Assembly: GCA_039798785.1 (NCBI GenBank)
Contig: JBDKFG010000014.1
Location: 15,372 to 79,371, forward strand
Source: Verrucomicrobiota bacterium
GTDB taxonomy: Bacteria; Verrucomicrobiota; Lentisphaeria; Lentisphaerales; Lentisphaeraceae
DNA length: 64,000 nt
Direction: 5' to 3'
Part shown: positions 22,547 through 32,483 of the stretch, piece after piece
Position numbering within the stretch: position 1 is the first letter of the stretch
How the letters are laid out: every line of letters starts with the position of its first letter
Notes under the pieces: generated by a model
What the model was told of the DNA's origin: nothing
Seen by the model: only the letters and a program-made list of their open reading frames with translations
The model's database searches: none
Program-made: the position numbers and the translations under genes

Positions 22547-23548
22547 ATGGATCAGACCCTCGTCATCGCCGAAATCGGCGTCAATCACAACGGCGACATG
22601 GTTCTCGCCCGCGACATGCTCGCCGCCGCCGCCGCCGCCGGAGCCGACGTGGTCAAGTTCCAGACCTACAAGGCGGAAGAGGTGATGACCGACAAGACGC
22701 CTCTCGCCGGCTACATGAAAGGCGGTGAAAAGAACTTCCTCGAACTCGCCCGCCGCCTCGAACTCTCCTTCGAACAGACCCTCGAGCTGAAGGCCTATGC
22801 CGATCGCCTCGGGGTCGAATTCCTCTCCTCGCCCTTCGATGTGCCGTCCTGCCGCTTCCTCGGCACCATCGGGATGAAACGCCTGAAAATCCCCTCCGGC
22901 GAAACCGTCAACCCCCTCCTCCTCAAAGCCGCCGCCGCCACCAAGCTGCCGCTCATCGTCTCCACCGGCATGTGCGACCTCGCCGAAGTCAAACGATCGC
23001 TCGACTTCCTCCGCCGCCACGACTCCGCCCCCGTCACCCTGCTCCATTGCACCACCCAATACCCCGCCGAACCCAGCCTCAGCAACCTCCGCGCCATGGC
23101 CACCCTGGCCCGCGAATGCGGCGTCCCGGTCGGCTACTCCGACCACACCCCGGGCATCGAAATCTCGCTCGCCGCCACCGCCCTCGGCGCCACCGTCATC
23201 GAGAAGCATTTTACCATCGACAAAAAGCTCCCCGGCCCCGACCAGGCCGCCTCGCTCGAACCCGATGAACTCCGCGCCCTCTGCCTCGGCGTCCGCTCGA
23301 TCAACAGCGCCCTCGGCAACGGCCTCAAAAAACCCTTCCCGATCGAACTCGAAGTCGCCAAGGTCGCCCGCAAATCCCTCGTCGCCGCCGGCCCTCTCCC
23401 CGCCGGCACCGTCCTCCGCGAAGAACACCTCGGCGCCAAACGCCCCGGCACCGGCATCCCCGCCATGGAACTCGAATCCCTCCTCGGCCGCCGCCTCAAA
23501 CGCAGCCTCGCCCCCGATGACATGATCTCCTGGGACGACCTTGCCTGA
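22547..23548 (+). CDS. neuB: N-acetylneuraminate/nonulosonate synthase (NeuB family)
   Basis: IAEIGVNHNGD, VKFQT, LKIPSGE, LLHCTTQYP, GYSDHT, IEKHFT, C-terminal SAF domain KRPGTGI. Confidence 0.93.
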   Translation: MDQTLVIAEIGVNHNGDMVLARDMLAAAAAAGADVVKFQTYKAEEVMTDKTPLAGYMKGGEKNFLELARRLELSFEQTLELKAYADRLGVEFLSSPFDVPSCRFLGTIGMKRLKIPSGETVNPLLLKAAAATKLPLIVSTGMCDLAEVKRSLDFLRRHDSAPVTLLHCTTQYPAEPSLSNLRAMATLARECGVPVGYSDHTPGIEISLAATALGATVIEKHFTIDKKLPGPDQAASLEPDELRALCLGVRSINSALGNGLKKPFPIELEVAKVARKSLVAAGPLPAGTVLREEHLGAKRPGTGIPAMELESLLGRRLKRSLAPDDMISWDDLA

Positions 23549-23552
23549 GCTC

Positions 23553-23592
23553 AATTCTTAATTCTTAACTCTTAATTCTTAATTCTTAATTC
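23553..23592. repeat. Heptamer tandem repeat (AATTCTT)x5.7
   Basis: Fills almost the entire neuB-neuC intergenic space. Confidence 0.9.
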
Positions 23593-23595
23593 ACC

Positions 23596-24717
23596 ATGCT
23601 TCTCGCCTCCCTCACCATCGCCCGCTCCGACTTCGGCCGGATGGCGCCGTTTTACCAGCGACTGGCCGCCGATCCGCGCTTCGAGCTGCGGCTCGCGCTC
23701 GGGGCGGGGCATTGGGATGAAAAACTCGGACGCAGCGGCGACGAAGTGGAGAAGAGCGGCATCGCCATCGATTGGCGCCTGCCGCATGGCGGCAAGTCGC
23801 CGAGCCAACAGGCCGCCATCGTCCTCAGCGGCGTCGGTGAATGGCTCGAAGCGCGACGTCCTGACGCCTTGCTCCTCCTTGGCGACCGCTTCGAAATGCT
23901 CGCCGCCACCCAGGCCGCGACCCTGGCTAGGGTTCCGGTCATCCACGTCGGCGGCGGCCACCTCACACTCGGGGCCATCGACGAACGCATCCGCCACGCG
24001 ATCAGCAAACTCGCCGCCGTCCACCTGGTCGCCAGCGACACCTGCGCCCAGCGTGTTGCCGACCTGCATGAAGATCGCTCGCGCATCTTCGTCACCGGCG
24101 CCCCCGAGCTCGAAGCCCTTCGCCTGCTGCCCGAAATCAGCCGCGCCGAATTCTTCCGCCGCAGCGGCTTTCCGGAAGGCGATTTCCTCCTCGCCACCAT
24201 CCACCCGGAAACCCAGGTCGACGCCGCCACCAACCTGCGATATGCCGACGAAGTGCGCGCCTTCGTCAAACACTCGCCGCTGCCGATCCTGATCACCGCT
24301 CCCTGCCTCGACCCCGGCCACGAAGCCTTCCTCGAACTCGCCGCCGCCGTGCCCGAGCTTCGCCCCGGCAGCCGCTTCATCCCCAACCTCGGGATGGAGC
24401 TCTTCGTCGCCGCTATGCGCCATGCCAAAGCCCTCATCGGCAACTCCTCCTCCGGCATCATCGAGTCCGCCTCCTGCCGCCTCCCGGCGCTCAACCTCGG
24501 CGAGCGCCAAAAAGGGCGCGATCGCGCCAGCAACGTCATCGACGCACCCTTCCAGCGACAAGCCATCGAAGAAGGGCTGAAAAGGCTGTTAGACCCGGCT
24601 TTCCGAAGCCACTGCCAATCCCTGATCAATCCCTATGGCGACGGCTTCTTCAGCGACCGCGCTCTGCCGCTTCTCAGCGCCCTGCCTCTGCCGCTCGGCA
24701 TCGACAAAAACTGGTGA
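23596..24717 (+). CDS. neuC: UDP-N-acetylglucosamine 2-epimerase (hydrolysing, NeuC family)
   Basis: LLGDRFEML, GAIDERIRHAISKLA, TIHPET, IGNSSSGIIE, NLGERQKGR, NPYGDG. Confidence 0.92.
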   Translation: MLLASLTIARSDFGRMAPFYQRLAADPRFELRLALGAGHWDEKLGRSGDEVEKSGIAIDWRLPHGGKSPSQQAAIVLSGVGEWLEARRPDALLLLGDRFEMLAATQAATLARVPVIHVGGGHLTLGAIDERIRHAISKLAAVHLVASDTCAQRVADLHEDRSRIFVTGAPELEALRLLPEISRAEFFRRSGFPEGDFLLATIHPETQVDAATNLRYADEVRAFVKHSPLPILITAPCLDPGHEAFLELAAAVPELRPGSRFIPNLGMELFVAAMRHAKALIGNSSSGIIESASCRLPALNLGERQKGRDRASNVIDAPFQRQAIEEGLKRLLDPAFRSHCQSLINPYGDGFFSDRALPLLSALPLPLGIDKNW

Positions 24718-24752
24718 ATGAAGCGCCAAAGGCTCCAGTCACTAACTTGATC

Positions 24753-26237
24753 TCAAGCCTCGCCGCATCTGCCAGAGCTGAAATCCGAGCTCAGTCGGAG
24801 CTTGCGCCGGATCCGGCTTGAAAGCAGGTCGATGCCTAGGGTGGTGAAGCCGGCGAGGAGGATGAGCAGGGCGGCGCGATCGGGGCGATCGAGAGCGATG
24901 TTGTGCTGGATGTAGAAGCCAACGGTACCGACCCCGAGAACCCCGAGGATGGCGGATTCGCGCAGCATCGTCTCCCATCGGTAGAAGAGGAAGGCGAGGA
25001 TCTGTCCGTAGATGCGCGGCAGCAGGTCATAGACATAGCGGTCGAGGGCGCGGCGGGCGGCGTTGCGCGGCTCCAATGCGGCGCTGGCGTTGGCCATGAT
25101 GTGGGCCAGCAGGCCGGCGTTGTGGCCGCTGACGGTGAGGATCGCCGGCAGCATCGAGGGCCCCAGGCAGATCATCAGCAGGAAGGCGAGAATGTATTCC
25201 GGGATGCAGCGCATCAGCAAGAAGAGGCTCTTGGCGAAGAAACGCAGCGGCCGCGGCGCGGTCTGAGGCAAGGCCAGAGGCAAGAGGATCACCACCAGCA
25301 GGCCGCAGAGGACGAGGGAGACCTGGGTGACCAGCAAGGCATTGGCAATTCCTGGTGCTGCTTCCGCAAAAAGCACCTGCTTGAGCCAGGGCCCCATCGC
25401 CGTCCACTCGCCGCGCTGCAAGGGAAGCGGCACCAGCTCGCCGAGGAAGCGGGTCAAATTGCTCCACGACAGCGACGAGCTCCAGTCGATCCATAGAAAG
25501 GCGGCGACAATCCACAGGGGGATCAGATTCGGACGGATCCACAGGCGATGTGTGGCGACGAGAGCCAGCAGCAGGTAGAAGAGCGCCGCGGCGGCGGCGT
25601 ATTCGCTGTCGCCGAAGGCGTCCTTGAGATGGTAGCCGAGGGTGGGGATGCCGACGAAGCCGAGCACCACCGAGGCGCGCAGGGCGCATTCGAAACGGTA
25701 GGCGGTGTAGGCGCGTCCGGCGTTCCACGCCATCGGCAACAGGACGTAGAAGATCCGCCCCGGCCCTGATTGCATGGGCAGGCTCTGCAGGGGCCTGGTG
25801 TCGGCTTCTTCGAGAATCTCGCTGTAGACCTTGGCGAAGATGGCGGTGAAAGGCAGGGCGATGGCGAAGAGTGCGCAGACCTGGCTGGTGCTGCCGAGGA
25901 GAGGTCCGAGAAGAAGGACCCAGAAGAGCTCGTGGACCGAGCGGATCAAGGCCAGGGGGGCACGCACCCAGGGGCGATGGTAATGGAAAGCGAGAAGCAG
26001 GCCGGCGAGAGCGCCGAGAGCGGTGGCGGCAAAGGCGAAAGCGAGGGTGTGCGCGAGGCCGCGGAGAATCGCCGGATCGGGACGGCCGTCATGCCAGAGA
26101 AGGCTCCAGTCAGGATGAAGCAGGCCGTCGCCAACGCGCGCCAGCATCGCGGCCGGATCGGTATGGCCGAGCTCGAGATCGCAGCAGCAAAGCGCGGCGA
26201 TCGCAACGGCGGCGAAGATCAGGGAGGCGCGGAGCAT
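24753..26237 (-). CDS. PhnE/PtxC-like ABC permease with two fused permease domains
   Basis: RSVHELFWVLL, YRFECALRASVVLGFVG, YRWETMLRESAILGVLG. Confidence 0.9.
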   Translation of the reverse strand: MLRASLIFAAVAIAALCCCDLELGHTDPAAMLARVGDGLLHPDWSLLWHDGRPDPAILRGLAHTLAFAFAATALGALAGLLLAFHYHRPWVRAPLALIRSVHELFWVLLLGPLLGSTSQVCALFAIALPFTAIFAKVYSEILEEADTRPLQSLPMQSGPGRIFYVLLPMAWNAGRAYTAYRFECALRASVVLGFVGIPTLGYHLKDAFGDSEYAAAAALFYLLLALVATHRLWIRPNLIPLWIVAAFLWIDWSSSLSWSNLTRFLGELVPLPLQRGEWTAMGPWLKQVLFAEAAPGIANALLVTQVSLVLCGLLVVILLPLALPQTAPRPLRFFAKSLFLLMRCIPEYILAFLLMICLGPSMLPAILTVSGHNAGLLAHIMANASAALEPRNAARRALDRYVYDLLPRIYGQILAFLFYRWETMLRESAILGVLGVGTVGFYIQHNIALDRPDRAALLILLAGFTTLGIDLLSSRIRRKLRLSSDFSSGRCGEA

Positions 26238-26888
26238 TTATTCCGGCCGGTAGAGTTCGATCAAGGCGGCGTCGCCGACTTGGCTGGCGGGAAGGTCGAA
26301 GAAGAGTTGGCCGTGGCGCAGGGCGATCAGGCGGCTGGCGTGGCGGCGGGCGAGTTCGACCGAGTGGAGCGACACGAGCAGGGTCGCCGAGCTCGCAAAA
26401 AGACGCTGGAGGCAGATCTCGGCCAAGGCGGGGTCGAGAGCGCTCACCGGTTCGTCGGCGAGGATCAGCGGCGCCGCTCGATGCAAGGCGCGGGCGAGAG
26501 CGACGCGCTGCTGCTGGCCCCCGGAGAGTTCGCCGACGCGACTGCGGATCTTGTCTTCCAGCCTCAAATCCTTCAGCAAGTAGCTGATCTCGGCGAGGTC
26601 CTGGGGATGCGGCCAGACCAGATTGCGCAGGTTGCGCCAGAGAGAGTGTCGATCAAGCCTGGCGGCGTGGACGTTAGCGAAGGAGGAGAGCGGGGGCACG
26701 AGAGCCAGGTCCTGCGGCATCCAGGCGGCCTCGGGAAATTGCTTAGCCAGATGGCGCAGAAGGGTCGACTTGCCGGCTCCGGAAGGGCCGATCAGGCCGA
26801 TCTTCTCACCCGGGGCGACAGACAGCGAAAGCTCCCGGATCACCGGGAGCTCGCCGTAGCTGAGATTGAGTTGATCGAGGCGGATCAT
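26238..26888 (-). CDS. PhnC-like ABC ATP-binding protein
   Basis: GPSGAGKST, LSGGQQQRVALAR, ILADEPVSALD. Confidence 0.93.
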   Translation of the reverse strand: MIRLDQLNLSYGELPVIRELSLSVAPGEKIGLIGPSGAGKSTLLRHLAKQFPEAAWMPQDLALVPPLSSFANVHAARLDRHSLWRNLRNLVWPHPQDLAEISYLLKDLRLEDKIRSRVGELSGGQQQRVALARALHRAAPLILADEPVSALDPALAEICLQRLFASSATLLVSLHSVELARRHASRLIALRHGQLFFDLPASQVGDAALIELYRPE

Positions 26889-26936
26889 GGGAAGCGGGAG
26901 ACCGGACCGGAAGGATGCCTGCGGCCCGGGGTCCCG

Positions 26937-27854
26937 TCACTTATCCATCAGGCCGAGACCTTCCGCGGTGCTGCGGATGCTCTCATAGTCCTCGTTCCGG
27001 GCCGGGATGAAGCCCGAGCGCTTGAGCTTGCCGAGCAGCTCGGGATCCTTCAGCGAGATGAGAATTTTGGTCAGCTTGTCGGTGGTTCCGGCGCCGAAGT
27101 CCTGGTCGAGCTCGGGGTGCACGGTCCAGTTGTAGTCGACATAGCTCGGCGACGTCCAGATCCTCTTGACCTTGCTGGCGTCAGCCTTGCCTTCCTTGAC
27201 CCATTTGTCCCAGTTCTTGAAGTTGACCGCGCCGACTTCATAGGCGCCGGACATGACGGCTTCGATGGTCTTGTCATGGCTGCCGGAGAAGCCGACCTTG
27301 GGGAAGAGATCGGCTGGCTTCTTGCCGAGGTGCCTGGAGATGAAGAATTCGGGCATCAGCCGACCGGAGGTGGAGGACTCGGCGCCGAAGGTGAAGCTCT
27401 TGCCGGCGATGGCAACGGGGAACTCGGCGCTTTCGCTCAGGCCGGTGGAGCTGTTGGCGATGAGATAGGTCTTGAAGGCGGCGTCCTCGACGCCCTGGGC
27501 TATGGCGCGGGCGCCGGGGACGCGCTTGACGCATTGGACATGAGTCAGGCCGCCGAACCAGGCGAGGTGGCATTCCTTGTTCTTGAGCGCCGAAACCGAG
27601 GCGGCATAGTCGTTGACCGGAGCATATTCGACCTTGATGCCGAGCTCGGCGGAAAGGGTTTTGGCCAACGCCTCGAAGCCGTCTTTCATGTCCTTGGAGC
27701 TGGAATCGGGGATGGCGGTGAACTTAAGGATCTTGGCGACGGCGGGCGGCGGCGTGCCAGCGGCGCTCTGGGCGGGCTCTTCGGCTTTTTTGCAGCCGAG
27801 GGCGATGGAGACGAGGGAGACGAGGACGGCGGCGAAACGTTTTCGGATGTTCAT
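26937..27854 (-). CDS. PhnD-like ABC substrate-binding lipoprotein (putative selenate/selenium-oxyanion type)
   Basis: Lipobox IALGC; FTAIPD, LAWFGGLTHVQ, FTFGAESSTSGRLMP, FSGSHDKT, YVDYNW. Confidence 0.85.
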   Translation of the reverse strand: MNIRKRFAAVLVSLVSIALGCKKAEEPAQSAAGTPPPAVAKILKFTAIPDSSSKDMKDGFEALAKTLSAELGIKVEYAPVNDYAASVSALKNKECHLAWFGGLTHVQCVKRVPGARAIAQGVEDAAFKTYLIANSSTGLSESAEFPVAIAGKSFTFGAESSTSGRLMPEFFISRHLGKKPADLFPKVGFSGSHDKTIEAVMSGAYEVGAVNFKNWDKWVKEGKADASKVKRIWTSPSYVDYNWTVHPELDQDFGAGTTDKLTKILISLKDPELLGKLKRSGFIPARNEDYESIRSTAEGLGLMDK

Positions 27855-27940
27855 GACAGGATTTCCTTGGTGATTGTTTTTAGGAGTGAAGGGCTTGAAC
27901 TTGCAGGTCTTTGCCAACTTGGCAAGCGGAGGTCGCAAGG

Positions 27941-29113
27941 TCACGTGCTGATGAGTGCGGCGATCTGCGCGGCGGCCTTGGGGACATCGACGCTGTCGAC
28001 TTCGAGGATGACCGTGCCGGGCGTATGGGCATAACAACGGTCGTACCAGTTGACCAGGATGTCGGCGCTGAATTCATCATAGCGGCCGGCATCGATGAGT
28101 GAAACCCACAAGGCCACCTTGTCAGCCCCGACATGGCGAGTGAGCAGCGCCACCTTGTCGCGCACGGCGGCGACCTGGATCGGATCGCCATTATGGAAGT
28201 ATTCGCGGCGGATGCGGGCGACGCGGACCTCGAGTGAGCCATTGACCAAGATCTGCGGGGCGCTGACCCGCGCCTGCCAGAGAGCAGGAGGGATCTGCAA
28301 GGAACCGATCTTGCGCGACTCGCTTTCGCAGAGATAGACCGGGAAGCTGCCGTCGCCGCGGCGGAAACGCATCAGCTGCAGAAACAGCGCCTCCTCGAAA
28401 CGCGCCTGCTTCGGCTCGTGGCGGCCAGGGAAGCGGACCCGTCCGAAGACGCTCGAGGCATGGGCCGCAGCGGCTTCGAAATCGATCTGCGGGACCGAAG
28501 AATGCGTCCGCCGCAATTCTTCGAGAATGGCGGTCTTGCCGCAGCCGGTGAGGCCGTCGAGACAGAGGAATGACCAGGCTTGTTGGTAGAGCGCGGCATG
28601 GACGCGGCGCCGCCAATCCTTCTGGCCGCCGACGAGCTGACGCACCTCGAGGCCGGCGAGGCGAAGCTGATGGGTGCTGAAGCGCGAGCGTCCGCCGCCG
28701 CGCCAGCAGTACAGGGCGACGGGGCGGCCGGCGGCGAGTTTTGCCGCTTCCGCCAGGAAGCGCTCCTTCTTCTTCTCCCAGAAATAGAGGGCGACCTGGA
28801 CCGCGAGCTCTTGCGACTGCTGCTTGTAAAGGAGGCCGACGGCGTGGCGTTCGTCGTTGTCGAGCACCGGCAAGTTGACCGCGTCGGGCAGGCCGTCGAG
28901 GGCGAATTCCTTCGGCGATCGGACGTCGAGGAGCAGAGCCGGCCCGCCGGCTTCGTAGAGGCCGCGGCAAAGTCCGTCCTGGAGCTCCGCCTGGCCGATG
29001 TTCGGCACCCGCGGCGCCACTTGATCCAGGGTTTCTTGCGGCAGGCGCAGATCCTTGAACTCCAGGATGAGCCGCTGCAGTTCCTGGCGCTGGTCCGAAG
29101 TGAAGTCTGGCAT
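27941..29113 (-). CDS. selU: tRNA 2-selenouridine synthase
   Basis: Rhodanese domain LLDVRSPKEF...NLPVLDNDERHAVG...YCWRGGGRS plus P-loop GLTGCGKT, ESESRKIG. Confidence 0.93.
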   Translation of the reverse strand: MPDFTSDQRQELQRLILEFKDLRLPQETLDQVAPRVPNIGQAELQDGLCRGLYEAGGPALLLDVRSPKEFALDGLPDAVNLPVLDNDERHAVGLLYKQQSQELAVQVALYFWEKKKERFLAEAAKLAAGRPVALYCWRGGGRSRFSTHQLRLAGLEVRQLVGGQKDWRRRVHAALYQQAWSFLCLDGLTGCGKTAILEELRRTHSSVPQIDFEAAAAHASSVFGRVRFPGRHEPKQARFEEALFLQLMRFRRGDGSFPVYLCESESRKIGSLQIPPALWQARVSAPQILVNGSLEVRVARIRREYFHNGDPIQVAAVRDKVALLTRHVGADKVALWVSLIDAGRYDEFSADILVNWYDRCYAHTPGTVILEVDSVDVPKAAAQIAALIST

Positions 29114-29197
29114 GCTGTTCTCGCGAAAGGGGCTGGGAGTTCTGAACGGCGGCGAATATAGTGCGGGACACGCAAATCCCGAAGCCAGGAGAATTTT

Positions 29198-30241
29198 ATG
29201 TCCGAAGCCCGACTCACTTCCCTTTCGCATGGCGGCGGCTGCGGCTGCAAGATCGCCCCGGCGGTGCTGCAGGAAATTCTCGCCGGCAAGGTCGGAAGCT
29301 GCCTGCCTTTGCCGAAGGAACTGCTTGTCGGCATCGAAACCGCCGATGACGCCGCGGTTTACCAGATCAACGAAACTCAGGCGATCGTCGCCACCACCGA
29401 CTTCTTCATGCCGATCGTCGACGATCCCTTCGACTTCGGTCGCATCGCCGCGACCAACGCGATTTCCGACGTCTACGCCATGGGCGGCACGCCGCTCTTC
29501 GCCCTCGCCCTCGTCGGCATGCCGGTGGCCAAGCTTTCGATGGAAACCATCCGCAAGATCCTGGAAGGCGGCGAAAGCGTCTGCACCGCCGCCGGCATTC
29601 CGGTCGCCGGAGGCCACACCATCGACTCCTTGGAGCCGATCTACGGCCTCGTCGCCATCGGCCTGGTCGACCCGCGCAACCTGAAGAAGAACTCCGGCGG
29701 CAAGGCCGGCGATTTCCTCGTCCTTGGCAAGCCGCTCGGTGTCGGCATTCAATCGGCGGCTTTGAAAAAAGGCCTGCTCGACGAAGCCGGTTACGCCTCG
29801 ATGATCGCCAGCACCACCAAGCTCAACACTCCCGGCCGCAAACTCGGCGCCATCGTCGGCGTCGGCGGCCTCACCGACATCACCGGTTTCGGCTTGCTTG
29901 GTCACCTCCTTGAGATCTGCCGCGGCTCCGGCCTTGCGGCTGAGATCAAGTGGTCTGCTGTGCCCCTGCTACCAGGTGTGCCCGAGCTGTGCCAAGCTGG
30001 TTGCGTCACCGGCGCCTCGGCCCGCAACTGGACCAGCTACGGCACCGATGTGCGCCTGCCGCAAGATTTCCCGGAATGGCAGAAGCAGATCCTCTGCGAC
30101 CCCCAGACCTCCGGCGGCCTCCTGGTGAGCTGCTCCGCCGAATCTCTGGCTGAGGTTGAAGCGCTGTTCCGCGCCGAAGGCTTTGCCCCGGCGGTGATTG
30201 GGAAGCTGGTTGAGGGAAAGGCGGAAGTGCGGGTGGGGTGA
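29198..30241 (+). CDS. selD: Selenide, water dikinase (Cys form)
   Basis: RLTSLSHGGGCGCKIAP, DDAAVY, TTDFFMPIVDDPFDFGRIAATNAISD, GGHTID, DPQTSGGLL. Confidence 0.97.
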   Translation: MSEARLTSLSHGGGCGCKIAPAVLQEILAGKVGSCLPLPKELLVGIETADDAAVYQINETQAIVATTDFFMPIVDDPFDFGRIAATNAISDVYAMGGTPLFALALVGMPVAKLSMETIRKILEGGESVCTAAGIPVAGGHTIDSLEPIYGLVAIGLVDPRNLKKNSGGKAGDFLVLGKPLGVGIQSAALKKGLLDEAGYASMIASTTKLNTPGRKLGAIVGVGGLTDITGFGLLGHLLEICRGSGLAAEIKWSAVPLLPGVPELCQAGCVTGASARNWTSYGTDVRLPQDFPEWQKQILCDPQTSGGLLVSCSAESLAEVEALFRAEGFAPAVIGKLVEGKAEVRVG

Positions 30242-30642
30242 TGGAATCTGACGAAGAAACTATGCTTTGGGAATGTCAGTGGTGCGGCCTGCACACCCAA
30301 GTTCCCAAGAGAAGCATTGTTCATTACAATTGCTCAGGGTGCAATCGAGAGAGTGGTGGATTGGTTGATTTCGTCCATGAATTTCATTATGATCCAGAGG
30401 ACATCGTTGAAGTGGTAGTCAAAATCACGCTCGGACAACAGAAAAAGCCTCTTGTGGCAGCGGGAGTTATTCGCAAAATTTTCTCCGAGTTTTCTCAGGT
30501 CAGTATCGCCTCTATTGCCGTTCAACTTGAAAACGAGGGCGAGATCCAATCAAGGCCCAGGATGCAATCTCTTGCCAAGGAGCTACAACGCTTGTGTAGT
30601 GAAAATGGCCTGAATGCTGTGATTGAGAGAAATAGTCATTGA
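30238..30642 (+). CDS. Low-GC hypothetical protein with CxxC...CxxC
   Basis: ECQWCG...NCSGCN; overlaps the selD stop; atypical codon usage. Confidence 0.6.
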   Translation: MMESDEETMLWECQWCGLHTQVPKRSIVHYNCSGCNRESGGLVDFVHEFHYDPEDIVEVVVKITLGQQKKPLVAAGVIRKIFSEFSQVSIASIAVQLENEGEIQSRPRMQSLAKELQRLCSENGLNAVIERNSH

Positions 30643-30688
30643 AACCAGAAACCAGAATCAAATGAACTGACTCAACCAGAGGCAATCA

Positions 30689-31240
30689 ATGATCACCAAT
30701 CGCTCATTCTTGGTCTTCCCCGGGATTCCGCTCATCCTCTTGCCTTGGGTCCTAGCCTGGTTGCTTCGGCAGATTGCACCTGAACTGCCGGTCTGGGGCA
30801 GTCCTTGGACTTACTACATGATGATGGCGATCTTCGTCGTAGCTGCGGTTTTTTGCGGTTATTCCGATGAAGTTGAGCGCCGTTTTCGCTTCCCGGCTGC
30901 GACCATCACTCATTCGGTCTGGGGGGCTTTGTCTCGTTCTCGCGGCAAGGAGTATTGGTGTGGAGAACGTCATCATCCTGAGCTTGGATCGATGAGATTC
31001 ACTTTTAGGGGGGCAGCGGAGCCTAAGGACGCGCAGTTTGCCAGCTTGAATGACGCATGGGAGAAACTTACGGAAGTCGATGGCCGAGTGAAAGCTCACC
31101 CCGAGTATCGCGGCGAGAAGCTTCTTGGGCTGTATGTGAGTCTGGAGTCCTGGTCACCGGATTACGACTTGGGATTGACCGTGAATTTCGAAGAGGACGG
31201 GAGTCTGGGCTTGTTCCGCTTTCATGAGTATTTGTCCTAG
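30689..31240 (+). CDS. Low-GC hypothetical membrane protein (two N-terminal TM helices)
   Basis: GAGG RBS; hydrophobic N-terminus. Confidence 0.65.
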   Translation: MITNRSFLVFPGIPLILLPWVLAWLLRQIAPELPVWGSPWTYYMMMAIFVVAAVFCGYSDEVERRFRFPAATITHSVWGALSRSRGKEYWCGERHHPELGSMRFTFRGAAEPKDAQFASLNDAWEKLTEVDGRVKAHPEYRGEKLLGLYVSLESWSPDYDLGLTVNFEEDGSLGLFRFHEYLS

Positions 31241-31371
31241 GCAGGCTGGATCACATGTTCACCAAGCGCTCACTCCTCGTTCCCCTGTCGCCCCTGTCGA
31301 GGACGTCTGTTTGACATTCTCGCCCGGCAGAGGAAACTGCAGGAAGAAGATCCACCAACCCCAAGTCCATC

Positions 31372-32478
31372 ATGCCCTTCTCTGAATTCCCTCTTGATCC
31401 CAAGCTGCTGACGACGATTGCGGCTGCGGGCTTCAGCGAACCTCGACCGGTGCAGGCTGCGGCGATACCGCCGATCCTGGCGGGAAGCGACCTGCTGGTG
31501 GCGGCCAAGACCGGGTCAGGGAAGACCGCGGCATTCGTCCTGCCGATGCTGCAAAGGCTGATCAAAGCTCCTCGCAGCCAGCTCCTCATCCTGGTGCCGA
31601 CCCGTGAACTGGCGGCGCAGGTGAGCGAAGTCTGCCTGAAGCTGCGCGGGAGCAAGCTGCCCGCGCTGCGTTTCGCCCGACTGGTCGGCGGTGAATCGGC
31701 GAACACCCAGGCGGTGCAGCTCAAGGCCGGACCGAAGATCGTCGTCGCGACTCCCGGGCGTCTGCTCGATCACGTGCGCGAGGGCCAGCTGGACCTGAAG
31801 AAGTTCGACCATCTCGTTCTCGACGAAGCGGACCGGATGCTTGAGCTGGGCTTTCGCGATCAGCTCGAGGCGATCCGCGGCGGCTTCGCGGCCAAGCCGC
31901 AGACGGTCTTTCTCTCCGCCACCCTGCCGAAGCAGATCGAGGCGATGGCGAAGGTCTGGCTGAAGTCGCCTTTGCGCCTGGATCTGGACGAGCCGGAATC
32001 GGCAGCGCCGGAGATCGCGCAGGAATTCATCGTCTGCGGCCGCAAGGAGCGCGGCGACCTGGTGACGAAAGCCTTGCTGGCCGAAGCCGGCCAGGCCCTG
32101 GTCTTCGTCCGCACCCGCAACAACTGCGAGATCGTCGCCGAACGGCTGAACAAAGGCGGCCTGGCGGTGCGTGCGATCCACGGCGAGATGTTCCAGAAAG
32201 ACCGCAATAAGGCACTGGCGGAGTTCCGCAGCGGCAAGTGCCGGATCCTCGTCGCCACCGCCTTGGCGGCGCGAGGCCTCGACATTCCCGGCGTCGCCTT
32301 GGTGTGCAATTACGACCTGCCGGAGCAGCCGCAGGACTACATCCACCAGATCGGCCGCACCGGACGCTCCGGGCGCTCCGGCCGGGCGATGAGCTTCTAC
32401 GATCCGGAAGACGCCGAAGAAGGTCCCCGCCACGCCGCGATCGCGGCGATGCTGGAGAAAGGACGCCGGCCGGACTGA
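31372..32478 (+). CDS. DEAD-box RNA helicase
   Basis: Q motif, AKTGSGKT, PTRELA, TPGRL, DEAD, SAT, ARGLDI, HQIGRTGR. Confidence 0.96.
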   Translation: MPFSEFPLDPKLLTTIAAAGFSEPRPVQAAAIPPILAGSDLLVAAKTGSGKTAAFVLPMLQRLIKAPRSQLLILVPTRELAAQVSEVCLKLRGSKLPALRFARLVGGESANTQAVQLKAGPKIVVATPGRLLDHVREGQLDLKKFDHLVLDEADRMLELGFRDQLEAIRGGFAAKPQTVFLSATLPKQIEAMAKVWLKSPLRLDLDEPESAAPEIAQEFIVCGRKERGDLVTKALLAEAGQALVFVRTRNNCEIVAERLNKGGLAVRAIHGEMFQKDRNKALAEFRSGKCRILVATALAARGLDIPGVALVCNYDLPEQPQDYIHQIGRTGRSGRSGRAMSFYDPEDAEEGPRHAAIAAMLEKGRRPD

Positions 32479-32483
32479 TCCGC

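Noticed and set aside
29198..30241. Selenocysteine recoding in selD or neighbours
   Set aside because: Active site is GGGCGCK encoded by TGC; I saw no convincing in-frame TGA extension nearby
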